Positions 13,273 through 24,958 of a DNA stretch of 64,000 nt are shown one piece after another (within the stretch, counting starts at the first letter, position 1; every line of letters starts with the position of its first letter). The translations under genes and the position numbers were made by a program. Source of the DNA: Bispira polyomma (Eukaryota); NCBI GenBank assembly GCA_965649765.1, contig OZ287756.1, positions 34,906,001 to 34,970,000 on the forward strand. The letters run 5' to 3'. The notes under the pieces are model-generated. The model ran no database searches. It saw only the letters and a list, made by a program, of their open reading frames with translations, and was not told where the DNA came from.

Positions 13273-13460
13273 ACAGTGAAACTTTTGTTGAGTGGAATCT
13301 AAAGGGGCCATAACAATTTGTTCTACTTAACAGAAATTCTACTTAACAGGGTAAAGTTTCATTAAAAATATAGCAATGGAACCTTAAACTAACTTTTACT
13401 TAACACTAAGTTAACAGGTAATTCCACTTATCACAGTTCTACTTAAAGGGTTGGACTTTA
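13273..13460. mobile_element. MITE family B (Tc1/mariner/pogo-type), representative copy; about 10 copies
   Basis: CAGTGAAAC...AAGGGGCCA...repeated TTC(T/C)ACTTAACAG modules. Copies near 9310, 16960, 17160, 17380, 31083, 32903, 44942, 57100, 63170. Confidence 0.8.
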
Positions 13461-13748
13461 TGTATATGATCAAGGATTGGAACATGTTTTGATACTTCTA
13501 AAGAACCTTGAGGATGCTGATAAGTGATCATTCTCCTCAACCCCTAGTTTTCACTCATGAGAATGACAGTTACTGTTGCTGGTTGGCTGCTTTACTTGGG
13601 GTAGACAAGAAAAAGTTGATTAACACTTTGATTACCAGAAAAACATATGATTACAGATGTAAATACAATGTATTTGAATACCTAAAATTCACAAATTTAT
13701 AGTGAGAAAGTTCAAGAGCCTTGAACGAAGGCTAATGACTCAGTGATA

Positions 13749-13984
13749 GGCTCTATAAGTAAACTCAGCTTAAACTCATACTCAACTCAAATACAGGCCA
13801 TGTGGAAATCATTGTACATGGAAATAACCTATACTTGTGACCATTCATTTTAACAGAGCTTTTAACCCTGAATTCAAATATCAAGTCAGATTTTAAATAT
13901 ATTTACCGTATTCAGAGTTATAGAGAATCCAGATTTGAGTTGAGTATGAGTTTAAGCTGAGTATACGTTCGAGAATACCAGCCC
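13749..13984. mobile_element. MITE family C (PIF/Harbinger-like), representative copy; about 10 copies
   Basis: Perfect 30-bp inverted repeat 13763..13792 / 13933..13962; conserved core TGTGACCATTCATTTTAAYAGAGCTTT...GAATTCAAATAT. Copies or related ends near 14744, 26094, 40926, 41275, 42895, 43880, 51652, 51904, 53030-53690, 62890. Confidence 0.85.
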
Positions 13985-15971
13985 TGGTTTTCTTAATTTA
14001 AATCACTACACATATATCTATATTAATACTGACCAGTGACCACTGTAAAATACAGAATGATGAGTAATATAGTTGTCACAGGGGGTCACAGGCATTGACA
14101 AATGTATTAGGGAAAACTGACCACTGCCAACAAAAATTACATATACATGCATACATATCAATATATCTTAGTATACCCTAGCACCTTGTACTCACCCACC
14201 CCTACCCTAGGGGCCTGGTATATCACCCCACCCCCTCATATCCTTGTGTTGGCTCTCTCAGGGGAGCCTGGCTAGGGTTACACTAAGCAGTATAGGGACA
14301 CCCTCAAAGGGCTAAGGGTTGCATGTTTGATGAGTGCATTGTATGCTGTAAATGTGGATAAGATGTATTTATATCTATCTATCTATATGTAAGTAAAGAA
14401 TTTATAGAAGCAGGGTTTGTTCCCTAAGGTGGTGGGGCAATGGCAGGTTATGTCCCCCCCCCCTGTTACTGCTCCTTAGGGTGTGACATATACTCCTAGA
14501 TATATAACCAAAGTATAGACATTACACAGTTTTTGAAAATTTTAAGGGCTAAATTAATTCCAAAAGGGTGTATGCCATGGGTTGTACACAGGAGCGGTAT
14601 AGGACCTTTCTAGGGGATTATAAATATAGATTTGAATTAAAAAATAAGAGATATATATTCTTCTTGTAGCTGTTGGCATATCTTTTATTTAATAGCTGGT
14701 CATTTGGTGAGTTTATAACACACATAAGTGTTTTCTAGAGACCAGGGTCCATCCCTGTATTCTCCAAGGGAACTTAACCTTAAACTCAACTCAAAATAAA
14801 AGGCTAATAAGGGGAAGGTATTATGGAAATAACCAATATTTGTGACCATTCATTTTAATAGAGCTTTCAGTGCTGAATTCAAATATGCAGTCAGATTTTA
14901 CATAACTTTACTCTTACCAAAAATATGGGGTACTTCAGAGTTGAGTTAGAGTTGAGGTTGATATGTTTGTAGAATATGGCCATAGTGTGTGCAGGTAATT
15001 GTAGAAAGTGTGGAACTTAAACTGACAGTACTCTCAAAATGTATGTTCTATTTATATGCATATATATATCTATCTTTCTGCAGAGAAATTATATATAAAA
15101 TCTGATTACATATTGTATTTCATCAGTAAAATCTAAATATTAACAAGCTAGGATTTTACCTTTAATAACAAGAAAATGTAGATGTAATAGTCAAGTTAAT
15201 TTGGTGTTTGAGTTTAAGTTTAAAATTAAGTTAAGGACCTTTAATAAATTATAAGGAGGGAAGGGCACAAAGATGGGGAAACATGCCCTGATGATGACAC
15301 TTTTTACCTAGGGTGTCCATGTGTAAGGTTTATTGTGGTGTACACTAAAACCATTAATCATAGTATTTACTCAGACATCTTGTACAAACACTTAATTATC
15401 TGATTGAACTGTTTTCTGTGAAATTCCCATACATTGTCAGGAGATGGGGCTGGTGATAATAATATACTGGTTAAAATTGTTTTCCTTTCCAAATAGTAGT
15501 CATTCTGTAACATTGAGATTTCTCTAGGATGGTGGGGAGGGGGGGGGGAGGTGTGCTAAGTGGCATCGCTCCTGTCACAGCACGTATGTGGGAAATTTGG
15601 CAGTAGACTTGCTGAAGGCTGGTGATTTATAGTGTAGAAGTCTTGAACAACTTCCCTGTGCTACATCAATAAACTGGCTATATCATGATGTAATACTCAG
15701 CAGTTGTAATGTGTTGTTAAACACACAAATAAGTGAAATAACATCAAGTTTTGTGTAAGAATTAAAATTTAGTTTACGTCACTTTTAACACCTCAGATCA
15801 TATCACAAAAGCCAGATTTAATGGTGAAAGAGAGCAATAACCTAAAATGTTGCTCTCCCAACATGTTCAGATAATAGAGGTCCTACAGTATTGAAGTATA
15901 AGGTCTAATACAGTAGAGCCTTTTTAGATAACAGAAGGTTCTTCAAATAGAAGAGGTATTTTAGTAACATT

Positions 15972-16435
15972 GGATCCAGGACAAAATACTGGTGGACAAA
16001 AGGCTGGTCAAATATACAAAAGTGGACAAAAGGATGGTTCATTTTGGTGGTGGGTGGACAAAATGCCTGTATTGTCAAAAGATCGTACATTTTCAAGACA
16101 TCATATTTACAAACACTGTTTTGATACAACATTACCATAAATAATGTCATCACATTTTAGAGACATTTTATTTGTAAAAAATGGGGCAAAGTTCAAGGGC
16201 TTGGACTAAAAGATCACCATAAAGAAGACTAAGTGTACAGAAAGTGCACCAAAGACCTTCAAAGAAACTGCACAACTTATGTGTTTGGGAATCCAGTAAG
16301 GCAATATCCATGAAAATTTCTTGAATGGAATAGGACACTTTTGTTATGTCCACCCACCCCAAAAACCGGCCGGCCTTTTGTCCACCTTTGCAAATTTGAC
16401 CGGTATTTTGTCCACCAGTGTTTTGTCCATACGCC
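15972..16435. mobile_element. Non-autonomous DNA element with ~100-bp TIRs made of GTGGACAAAA modules, nested in a family A MITE
   Basis: Left arm GGACAAAATACTGGTGGACAAAAGGCTGGTCAAAT... matches the reverse complement of 16345..16428; family A halves flank it at 15911..15971 and 16436..16518. Confidence 0.85.
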
Positions 16436-16959
16436 TAAAGAATTAGGAAAACTGTAAATTTGAGAGAGTGCAATTGTGTTCATAACATTGAATAGTCGGA
16501 TAATAGAGGGTCTACTATATTCAGTAACTTGAATCACTGTACAACAACCCTTGCATTATTTGAAAAGCAATTATCACTGGAGAGGGGTGAAAAATCAAGT
16601 ATTGATTTAACAATAAAGCAGTGACCATGTGTTTGGTTTTATAAAAATGGTTAATATGTCATTCTATCATAGAGATTGTATGTGTATGACAACTGTTTGG
16701 ACATTGCTACTAAAGTTAATTAGTCAGGACACCACTTGTGAAATGTTATCTCAGTCAGGTGAAAGACCACTTGGTCAGGCATTATGGTTCCTGCAAACTT
16801 TATGCATTCTGGTACAGGTAGTTTCATGTGCCCTATACTAGCATGTCACTGCTCTTTTGTGGCAAATGCCGCACAACCACGCTTACTAAACTGTATTCTA
16901 TTTCATTCAATAAATTCACAAAACTAAATAGGGTTGAAAACTTGTGAGTTAAACCTGAA

Positions 16960-17535
16960 GATATTAAGTGAAATACCTCTACTTAAACAGGATTTTCACT
17001 GAATAGATTCAATTTTAAAAGAAACCACTTTTCAAATTGTGGGCCAACAGGTTTTTCTCCACACTAATCCAAAATTGGCTTAACAGAGTTCTACTTATAG
17101 GGGTTTTTGACTGTATAAAGAAGATACCACTTGAATACAGTCCTGTGACTCAACACAGTTATACCCCTTTTAGTTCAAACCTTAAGGGACCAAGAGAAAT
17201 ACATCAAGTTAAGCAAGATTTCCACTTAACAGAGTTATAGGAGAGAGTTTAAAAGAAAACTCCTTTGTGGGATCACAGATATTTATGCACATTAAAAATA
17301 AAAATTAACTTAACAGGGGTTTTTAGGGGGTTTTTGGCTGTACAAAGAAAATACTAATTGAATACAGTCCTGTGTTTACAGTTATACCCCTATAATAAAA
17401 AACCCACAGGACCAAGACAGAGATACCTCTGCTTAAGTAGGATTTCCACTTAACATAATGACCAAGTAGATCCTAAAAAGTAATGTCCTTTATGGGATTA
17501 CAGAAAAAATGACTTAACAGTTTCTACTTAAAGCT
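16960..17535 (+). repeat. Three head-to-tail family B MITE copies with duplicated spacers
   Basis: Spacer CTGTAYAAAGAARATAC...TTGAATACAGTCCTGTG...ACAGTTATACCCC is present at about 17110 and 17337. Confidence 0.75.
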
Positions 17536-17576
17536 GTCAAGAAGTCTGATATAGATATAGATGATCCTCTGCTTAT

Positions 17577-17785
17577 ATAAAACATTTATTGCAATATTCT
17601 ATTTAAAGAATTAGGCAAAAATCGAAAGAGATTATGATAAAGCCTTCTCACAGGAAGAACTATATTTTCAAAAGAAAAAAAGAGAAGAATAACACAATGA
17701 TGTATAAAAAGATCAGGAGGTGTGTAGGCACTGTAGCTGTCAAAAAACTATGAAAAACAATTCGATTCCTTTAAAAATTCTTGTA
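17577..17785 (-). mobile_element. CR1-like 3' fragment, same family as 10403..10865
   Basis: Shares GGTGTGT.GGCACTGT.GCT.T...AAAACYATGAAAA...TTCCTTTAAAAATTCTTG. Confidence 0.75.
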
Positions 17786-18939
17786 CACTATTTCAAATTT
17801 ATTGCTTAAAAACAGCTTGCTTTATATTGACAAACACTTAATATACAGGGTCAACCGATCAGGGTTTTTTTATTTTTCTGTTTCTGTCTAAATTGTCAAG
17901 GTGACAATGTTACAAAAGTTAAATAGCAATGGCCTTCGTCTGACCAGAGATAGGCTATAATCTCACTGGCTTTTATAAAGGTAATGTTATAGGATGATTG
18001 AAATCTTAAAGATCTAGTTATGATTTATTGCACAAAAGCCGAGACTGAGATTGCATATCATATGTCTATTGTAGTTTTATAAGAGAGACACATTTTAAAA
18101 TCTGTCAGAAAGCTGATTATGGCTCTATTACTAAATCACTATAACAATGCTTTGCGTCCTTGTGTAATGGACTTAAGACATTGGTGTTGGGGTTTTTCGT
18201 CTTTCTATTTTTTTCAAAAATACAGAATGACATATTTTCTTCACTGGCAGTCGCAACATCCATCCCCACCATTAGGTCAATGTACTTAACTTGTCCTTTA
18301 CTCCTTTAACTTTTTTCACTACTAGAATTTTAAGGTAACATTTAGCCACTATGTTTGGACCTGAAAAACTTTAACTTTATTTATGTTTAGTTCAGTTATT
18401 ATGATCATTCATAACTCTTCATTGGACTGACATAGATTTTGTCATGCTTCTGCATTTTTGAGAATTGCTTTTTTTCTCTTTTGATTTACTGTAATACTTT
18501 GATAATATTTCCTTGTAGCATCAAAGGGTGGATTCTGGGTAATTGTTCCCTTTTAGGAATTCCACATGCTGAACAGACCTTTTGGCCGCTGATGCTGTTT
18601 CCATATGAACCAGATCTTCTGATCTCTTAGTTCCTGGCTGACTCTTGGGTCATGATCTCGCTAATTGTTGGACGATGGGTTTTAATGACTTCACCTGATT
18701 TTGGAGATCATCAAATAGCAATAGTCAATTAGTTCATATTAATAACACAAATAAACTCTCTGGACCTTTGCTCTTAGTTCTATTGTAGTGAGTTAGTCCA
18801 TTGTATTAATGTTTATAAATTACACTAGTCTTCTGTTTTGACTTTTCTTTTGTACTTTTGCTATCTGGGACTGGATTCACAAAGAAAAACTTACCTGTAC
18901 TTAAGTACACCTTAGATTCCAGTTATGGGACTTTGTTTA

Positions 18940-19526
18940 CCATGAATTTGACCCCTGTACAGTGAGAAGTGGTTTCACATGCTACAAATGCACTGATGCT
19001 ATGAAGACACATTGCTGGCTGTTGTGTATGTTTTCTGCTCTTCTGAGTGTTGCTTAGATATCACCTCTGTCTGACTCACTATAAAGCTAACAAAACTTAA
19101 GGCATACTGGTATTACGATTTTAATTTTTATATAAATGACAATGAAAAAACACAAAATATTTTTGATATTTGGTATATTTTGGTATAAATTGTTTTTTCG
19201 GTCATGGAATTTTTACCTAAGTCTGATTAAAACACAAGCTTAACTGCAGTTTCATTATAAATTAAACAGTTGTTACTATCTGAGGTACATTTGCTTACTT
19301 AAAAATCTAAAAATAGAGGTTTAAGGTCACCTTAGTTAGTTAGTGACTTTTATTAATACATGTACCACTTTACTGTAGATTTGAGGAAAAACTTACAAAT
19401 CAAACTTAGGATTTGGTCTAGTTGTTTTTCTTCTTTTTGTTCCCATGAATTTGACCCCAGTACAGTGAGAAGTGGTTTCACATGCTACAAATGCACTGAT
19501 GCTATGAAGACACATTGCTGGCTGTT
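18940..19526. repeat. 84-bp direct repeat (18940..19023 and 19443..19526), one mismatch
   Basis: CCATGAATTTGACCCC(T/A)GTACAGTGAGAAGTGGTTTCACATGCTACAAATGCACTGATGCTATGAAGACACATTGCTGGCTGTT occurs twice. Confidence 0.95.
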
Positions 19527-19904
19527 TTGCATTTTAAAACCATCAATTTGTTGGCTGAAGTTTTTGATATGACAATTGGTAGCCAGTGAGGTGTAGCCAA
19601 CTGAAGACGAGACTTCTTCACTTGCATTTTCTTTAGTGTATTTTGAGATGTATTGATGGTTAAACTAAATTCATGTACACTCTTTTTTTCCCATAGTTTC
19701 CAAAAAAAACAGGATGTGTATTCTTTTTGTATGTCTTTTTTCCATTACTACTATTACACATTTTTAGCACAATTTGCCCAGACTAGGATGGCTTTGTGAT
19801 ATTCAAACTGATGATTTACAATTGATAACACTGCAAAAAAGCTCTATCCAGATATAAATGCTCTAATTGTTTCAGCACCTACCTATTTCATGATAGTTTT
19901 TTCG

Positions 19905-20100
19905 TGAAGCACTATTTGCCACTGATGTTTTGACATTAATGTTAGTCCCAAGGACAAAATGTCAAACCCTTTATGCATTTAGCTCAGCAGCACCACCATT
20001 GTGGAACAGTCTACCAATCAAGTTGAGATGTTGCAACACGGTTTTAGACTTTAAAAAACAATTAAAAACCTACTTATTTAAATCAGTGTACAACTGTTAA
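19905..20100 (+). mobile_element. L2 ORF2 C-terminal fragment
   Basis: Translates ...LVPRTK...AFSSAAPPLWNSLPIKLRCCNTVLDFKKQLKTYLFKSVYNC*. Confidence 0.8.
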
Positions 20101-20399
20101 TATGTCTAAATTCTTCTTTTGGTACCTTCTTACATACTTTTTAAAATTTGTTTCCATGCAGGCACTTTTCTCAGGCGATGAGCCGACGGCCGACGGCAAT
20201 TTTATCAGTTTTATTGATTAAAAACTAAGCGTTTCCATGTGTAGCGAAAAAATTGCCTAGCATCGCATGTCGCTATGTAAACATTGTTGATTTTTCGTAA
20301 ACAACTCAGAAATTACTGAAGGTCAAAATTTTAAAATTTGGTGAAAAATCCTATTTTATTGGTGTCTTGCAGTAGGCTTAACAGGGAAAACGGAATTTG

Positions 20400-20708
20400 A
20401 GTCTCCAATACCAGAACCACTAAAATAGATTGTATTCTATGCCTTTTCTGTTTCAGCACCAACCCTATGGAAAAATTTACCACCCAATATAAGATCCCAG
20501 GAAATCCTTTCTGGTTTCAGAAGCAGCCTTAACACCCATCTCTTCACCCTTGCTCACTCAGTAGACATCTTTTTCTTCCACGTCACCCCCTAATTACAAA
20601 TTTTTATTTGAAATTGACCATAATTTTAACAATTTTGTCAATGATGTTGTTCTTTAGAAGATGCCTGGCTTCAATTAGGAGCATTAAAAATTGATCATAT
20701 CATCATAG
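20400..20708 (+). mobile_element. L2 3' fragment, same subfamily as 32428..32745
   Basis: AFSVSAPTLW...IRSQE.LSGFRSSL.THLFTLA plus 3' UTR ...GAAGATGCCT.GC.TCAATTAGG; its reverse complement matches 32428..32745. Confidence 0.8.
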
Positions 20709-20719
20709 TTGGCACAAAG

Positions 20720-20886
20720 TACAAAAATTCAGATCCACTCCAAACTTTGTGGATTCTTCTATGATCCTTGCCAATCAAATTTTATATAAATCACTTGAGT
20801 AGTTTTTGTGTGTGTAATCCTGGTTACAAATAAACAAACAAACGGGATATAAGCAAAAATATCATCTTGCTTGGTGGAAGTAATAA
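20720..20886 (-). mobile_element. Helentron/HINE-like non-autonomous fragment
   Basis: (AAAC)n microsatellite followed by ...CTTGGTGGAAGTAATAA, resembling termini of non-autonomous Helentron-derived repeats; a similar terminus CTTGGCAGAGGTATGTGAGTGCTCTTCTAGT occurs at about 33112. Confidence 0.45.
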
Positions 20887-21870
20887 CGTTATTTAATTAA
20901 CGATATACATGGTGAAGCTTTTAAAAGTTCCTATTGTATTAATAAACTTACTTTTTTAAGGAAGGATTCCTTAATGACATTATGAATATGTAATCTTTGT
21001 TAAAATAACAATTATATTATTAACTTTTATGGTAAGATAATAAGATATGGAAGTAAATATACTAATATAACTCTGTGTTATATCAAAATTATTATCTTTC
21101 GATTAAATTTTAACAATTTAGGTTTATTTACATGGATTTCAAATTTTTTTAGGTTTCCTATGTATTCATTATTTAATTGGACACAGGTATCGTATTTTTT
21201 GGTCTTCTAATTAAATTCAGGGGGAAATAAAACCTTCAAAGTCTTGGAAGGTGTGTTTTATTCTAAAAGGAGGTGGGGGGGGGGGGTTGGTTGGGGCGGA
21301 GCAGGCATTCAGGGGAATTGTGGGTAAAGTTGGGGTCTTGGCCTTTGTTCATATATCAACTGTCCACTTGTAATAAAGTATAGAACACAAGTGTAACATT
21401 AGTAAGACGGCATTCATAGACACAATCGTCTAACTTTACATGGGTTTCTTTAAAGCCTCAAAGGGACCCTTTAAACCTGTAACTATTAGAAAGCTTTGGG
21501 GGAGGCTGGTTCTTACAATAAATAGTACGAAGGGGGCGGGGTTACCTAGGCTGGGTGGTGTTACATAACTTCAGGCCCCGCCCCTTTTCATGTTCTATTA
21601 CAATATAAAGATTGATTCCCCCCTCTATTTCCCCCTTCTACATCTGTTTTATAATACCATATAGAACTTGTAAAACTCATTTATCAATTAGTGACACTAA
21701 ACTTTTTGTTACTTATGCATAACATGTGCATGGGGGGAAATCGATAATCATTTTTTAAAGCTAAAGGGTTGGAATTTTATTACAGCACCCCATATGTCCT
21801 TGTGTGTTATATATCATTCTTAACATAGTTTTGAGCCTGGTAACAGTTTTTAACATAATTAATAAAAGTA

Positions 21871-22282
21871 TTGTAGAACCTTTATTATCCAAATATATTC
21901 GGAGAGCAATAGGTTTTGGGAGTTTTTTTTTTTGTAAAAAAAACAATAAAAAATGATTTTGTTTGGATAATGAAACGTTCATAAAATAGAAGAGGATTTT
22001 TAGTAAGAAGAAATAGGCACATGTAAGTTTGAGAGAGTGAGTCCGTATTTCAAAAAATCTTACATCCAGATGATAGAAGTTCAGATAACAGGGGTTCTGT
22101 TGTAGAATACGGTAAAATCTCGATTATCCAAACCTGTTGAGACAGTTAGATTTTGTTCTGATAATAGAAAGTTCATAAAATAAGTCAATGGGAAAATATA
22201 AATTTGGGAGAATAGAACTATATGTATATTCATAAAATTGAATATTCGGATAATAGAAGTTGGGATAATAGAGGTTCTACTG
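21871..22282. mobile_element. Two adjacent family A MITEs (21871..22102 and 22110..22282)
   Basis: Both show the family TIRs and internal GAAR(G/C)GTTCATAAAATA and TTTG(G/A)GAGA motifs. Confidence 0.85.
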
Positions 22283-23112
22283 TATTAATGCTATTACTTG
22301 TATGATTAATTATAAGGACAGAAAGGCAGATTTTTTAAGAATAAATTCCCATGAATACTTACACTATATTCCCTTTAGTTAAACAGGGTGTGAGCCTTGG
22401 AAAAATGTTGCAGTAAATAACCAAAAAATTGTAAATTACTGAAATTTCACTCTAGCTTCAATTTTTAATTTTACAGTACTTTTAACATTCTATCAGAGTT
22501 TCCCATTTCTTTATACACTGAGTAATGTAGACCAAAATTCACACTGCATTTGTTATGATTTACTGCTATTATTCATGTTACTCATCATGTGACACTGTTG
22601 GAAGAGTTCACATTACCACCACAAAAAAGGGGGTGGATGACTTATGGAGTAAGATAGCTTTATTTGCATTTAATACACAGCGGGCTTTCTGACAAAAATG
22701 TGAAAATTATTCAGTGTGTGTGACAAGAATGATACATGAACTTTTTCTTTTTAATCAGATGACCTGGTCAGTGTTAGTCTGACCATTGGTCACTTTGGTG
22801 AGGGGGGGGGGGGGGGGAGAGGGGCAATTACCACCATGATGGATTTACACTTAGATAGGATGTGACAGTTTGAATTATGACACAGGGCCTTGTCCACACA
22901 CAAAGATCTACAACTCTGTAATGTCGATCTCTCTTGGTCAACCGTGGCCATAGAATGCTCAACACAATCCAAATGGCTGGCTCAGGCTATAACTAAAAAA
23001 AAAGATTGATTAGGAGCCGTATTTATAAATATAAACTCATGCATAAACCCGAATACAACCACACATACAATAGATTTCGGTGGTTCCAAAAATTCGGATT
23101 TTATTTTTTTTT

Positions 23113-23283
23113 CCAGTTGTATCAAAGTGTCTCTCTTATTGTTATTGTAACTGTACTGTCATTTGTATTGTTTGTAATGTGATATTTTCTGATTTATTTT
23201 TTATTTTTTCATTGGGTAATGTAATATCAGTTGTATTGTAGTGTCTTTCCTATTGTTATCGTAATTGTACTGTCATTTGTGTT
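23113..23283 (+). repeat. Degenerate ~55-bp direct repeat
   Basis: CAGTTGTAT...AGTGTCT...TATTGTTAT.GTAA.TGTACTGTCATTTGT at about 23114 and 23228. Confidence 0.75.
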
Positions 23284-24084
23284 TTCATAAGTTCACAGTT
23301 GAAGTACCTAAGCGCTCTATTTTGTCTGACTTTTAAACTTAAAACACCAATAGAAACGTTTTTATACACAGACTTCATTTTTAATGGGGTTTAAGGAGTT
23401 ATTTGCATATAATTATTATATTTTATTAAAATATAAGTCTGTTACTACTTCTAGACGATTTTTCCGTAGATCGCCTTATGGATATAATACAGTGACAGAG
23501 TCCCTGCAATTAATAGGGAGTAAGATATTCTGCAGACAATAGAAGGTTCATAAAATACACCTCTGTCTAAAACAATAGGAAAACATAAATTTTGGGAGAG
23601 TGAAAATGAGTTCATGAAATAAAATATTTGGATAATAGAAGTTTGCATAATAGAGGTTCTCCTGTACATGTATATAGTTATTTAAGAGGGTCAAATGGTG
23701 GAATTCATTTTCCTGTATCTATGACATATCTATATATACATATGACAAGTGATTAGAATGTATTAACACACAGCTGTTGTCAAACCAATATGTCAAAGAA
23801 ACACATGACTTTTTGATTGACATGTGGTTATTAGAACTCTAGTCTTGTGTTACATCTGTGTTACATCTGTAATATGATACCTTTGCAAAGAATATATATA
23901 CCGTATTTTCTATGATAAAGGCACCCTCCCTGATTTTACACACCCCCCCCCCTTTTAAAGAGATTTAAAAATCACTAAATGCCAATATTTCAGATACTAC
24001 ACTAAAAAAAAATGGAAAATCATTGCACTTCTCCTTCAGACAGTATTGAAAATGTTAATATAGTGACTTGAGTTGAGTAATTTA

Positions 24085-24404
24085 ATGATAATAATAATTA
24101 TTTATTCGATATAAAACATTTTGAATATCACTCTTTGACATTATTACCCCAGCCTGGGTTCTTCCACTTGCCAACTTATTGTTCAGTCTCAGCTCCCTCA
24201 GGAAGCATACTAGCCCTGCTGCTACATACAGCACACAAAGACTTAACACCCATTAACGGCCAGGTACCTATTTATACACCTGGGTAAAGAGGGACAACTT
24301 TGGGTAAAAGCACCTTGTCCAAGGTTACCATCTTCAGGCCAGCAGCAATAATCGAACCGGAATCTGAGATCACTTAGATCCAAAGTCTGACACTCTAAGC
24401 ACTA
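24085..24404 (-). mobile_element. tRNA-derived CORE-like SINE, same family as 42448..42782
   Basis: Minus strand has GGTTCGATT (B-box-like), CCTTGGACAAGGTGCTTT, ACCCAGGTGTATAAATAGGTACC and an (ATT)n tail. Confidence 0.85.
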
Positions 24405-24589
24405 TAATAATAATGCAGATTAGCATGTAAATTTCATTTGCCTGTGGGTTAAGTGTCCATACATTCTGTGGTTAGTTTGACAGTATAAATCTGTGCCTAA
24501 ATTTTAAAATAATTTTCACCTGAATCCTTTTCGCCCAAACTGAAAATGGGACATTTTGCCCAAATTATCCCTTTTGTTACATAATTTTA

Positions 24590-24958
24590 TGCATACTTAT
24601 CATCTATGCTGTCTCTCAACAATCTCACCAGAGGCAATCGTCTCTCCACTTCTGGGTTCTTACCCAAAAAATCAGCTGGTTCAAAATCATTCTTAGTCGC
24701 AGCACCTGCTGAGTGGAATAGCCTCCCTACCAGTCTTCGGACTGAAACAAGCATCACAGGTTTCAGAAAAAAGCTCAAAACACATCTGTATCAGCTCGCT
24801 TTCCCTTCCTAGCATTCATTTCATGGTCACGACTGAAACTCTGATCACGAACCTTTTCCGTCTACCGGACCATGCTCTTGCACACTTACTAGGATATGCG
24901 CCACAGAGGATGCCTGGTCATCGATTGTGGCACTATAGAAGTAAAAACATTAACATTA
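24590..24958 (+). mobile_element. L2 3' fragment, apparently inside a TIR element (about 24520..25160)
   Basis: ORF 24606..24812 ...SFLVAAPAEWNSLP...FRKKLKTHLYQLAFPS*, then a 3' stem-loop GCCACA...TGTGGC and AACATT repeats; flanked by TTTTCGCCCA/TTTTGCCCAAA and their reverse complements. Confidence 0.85.
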
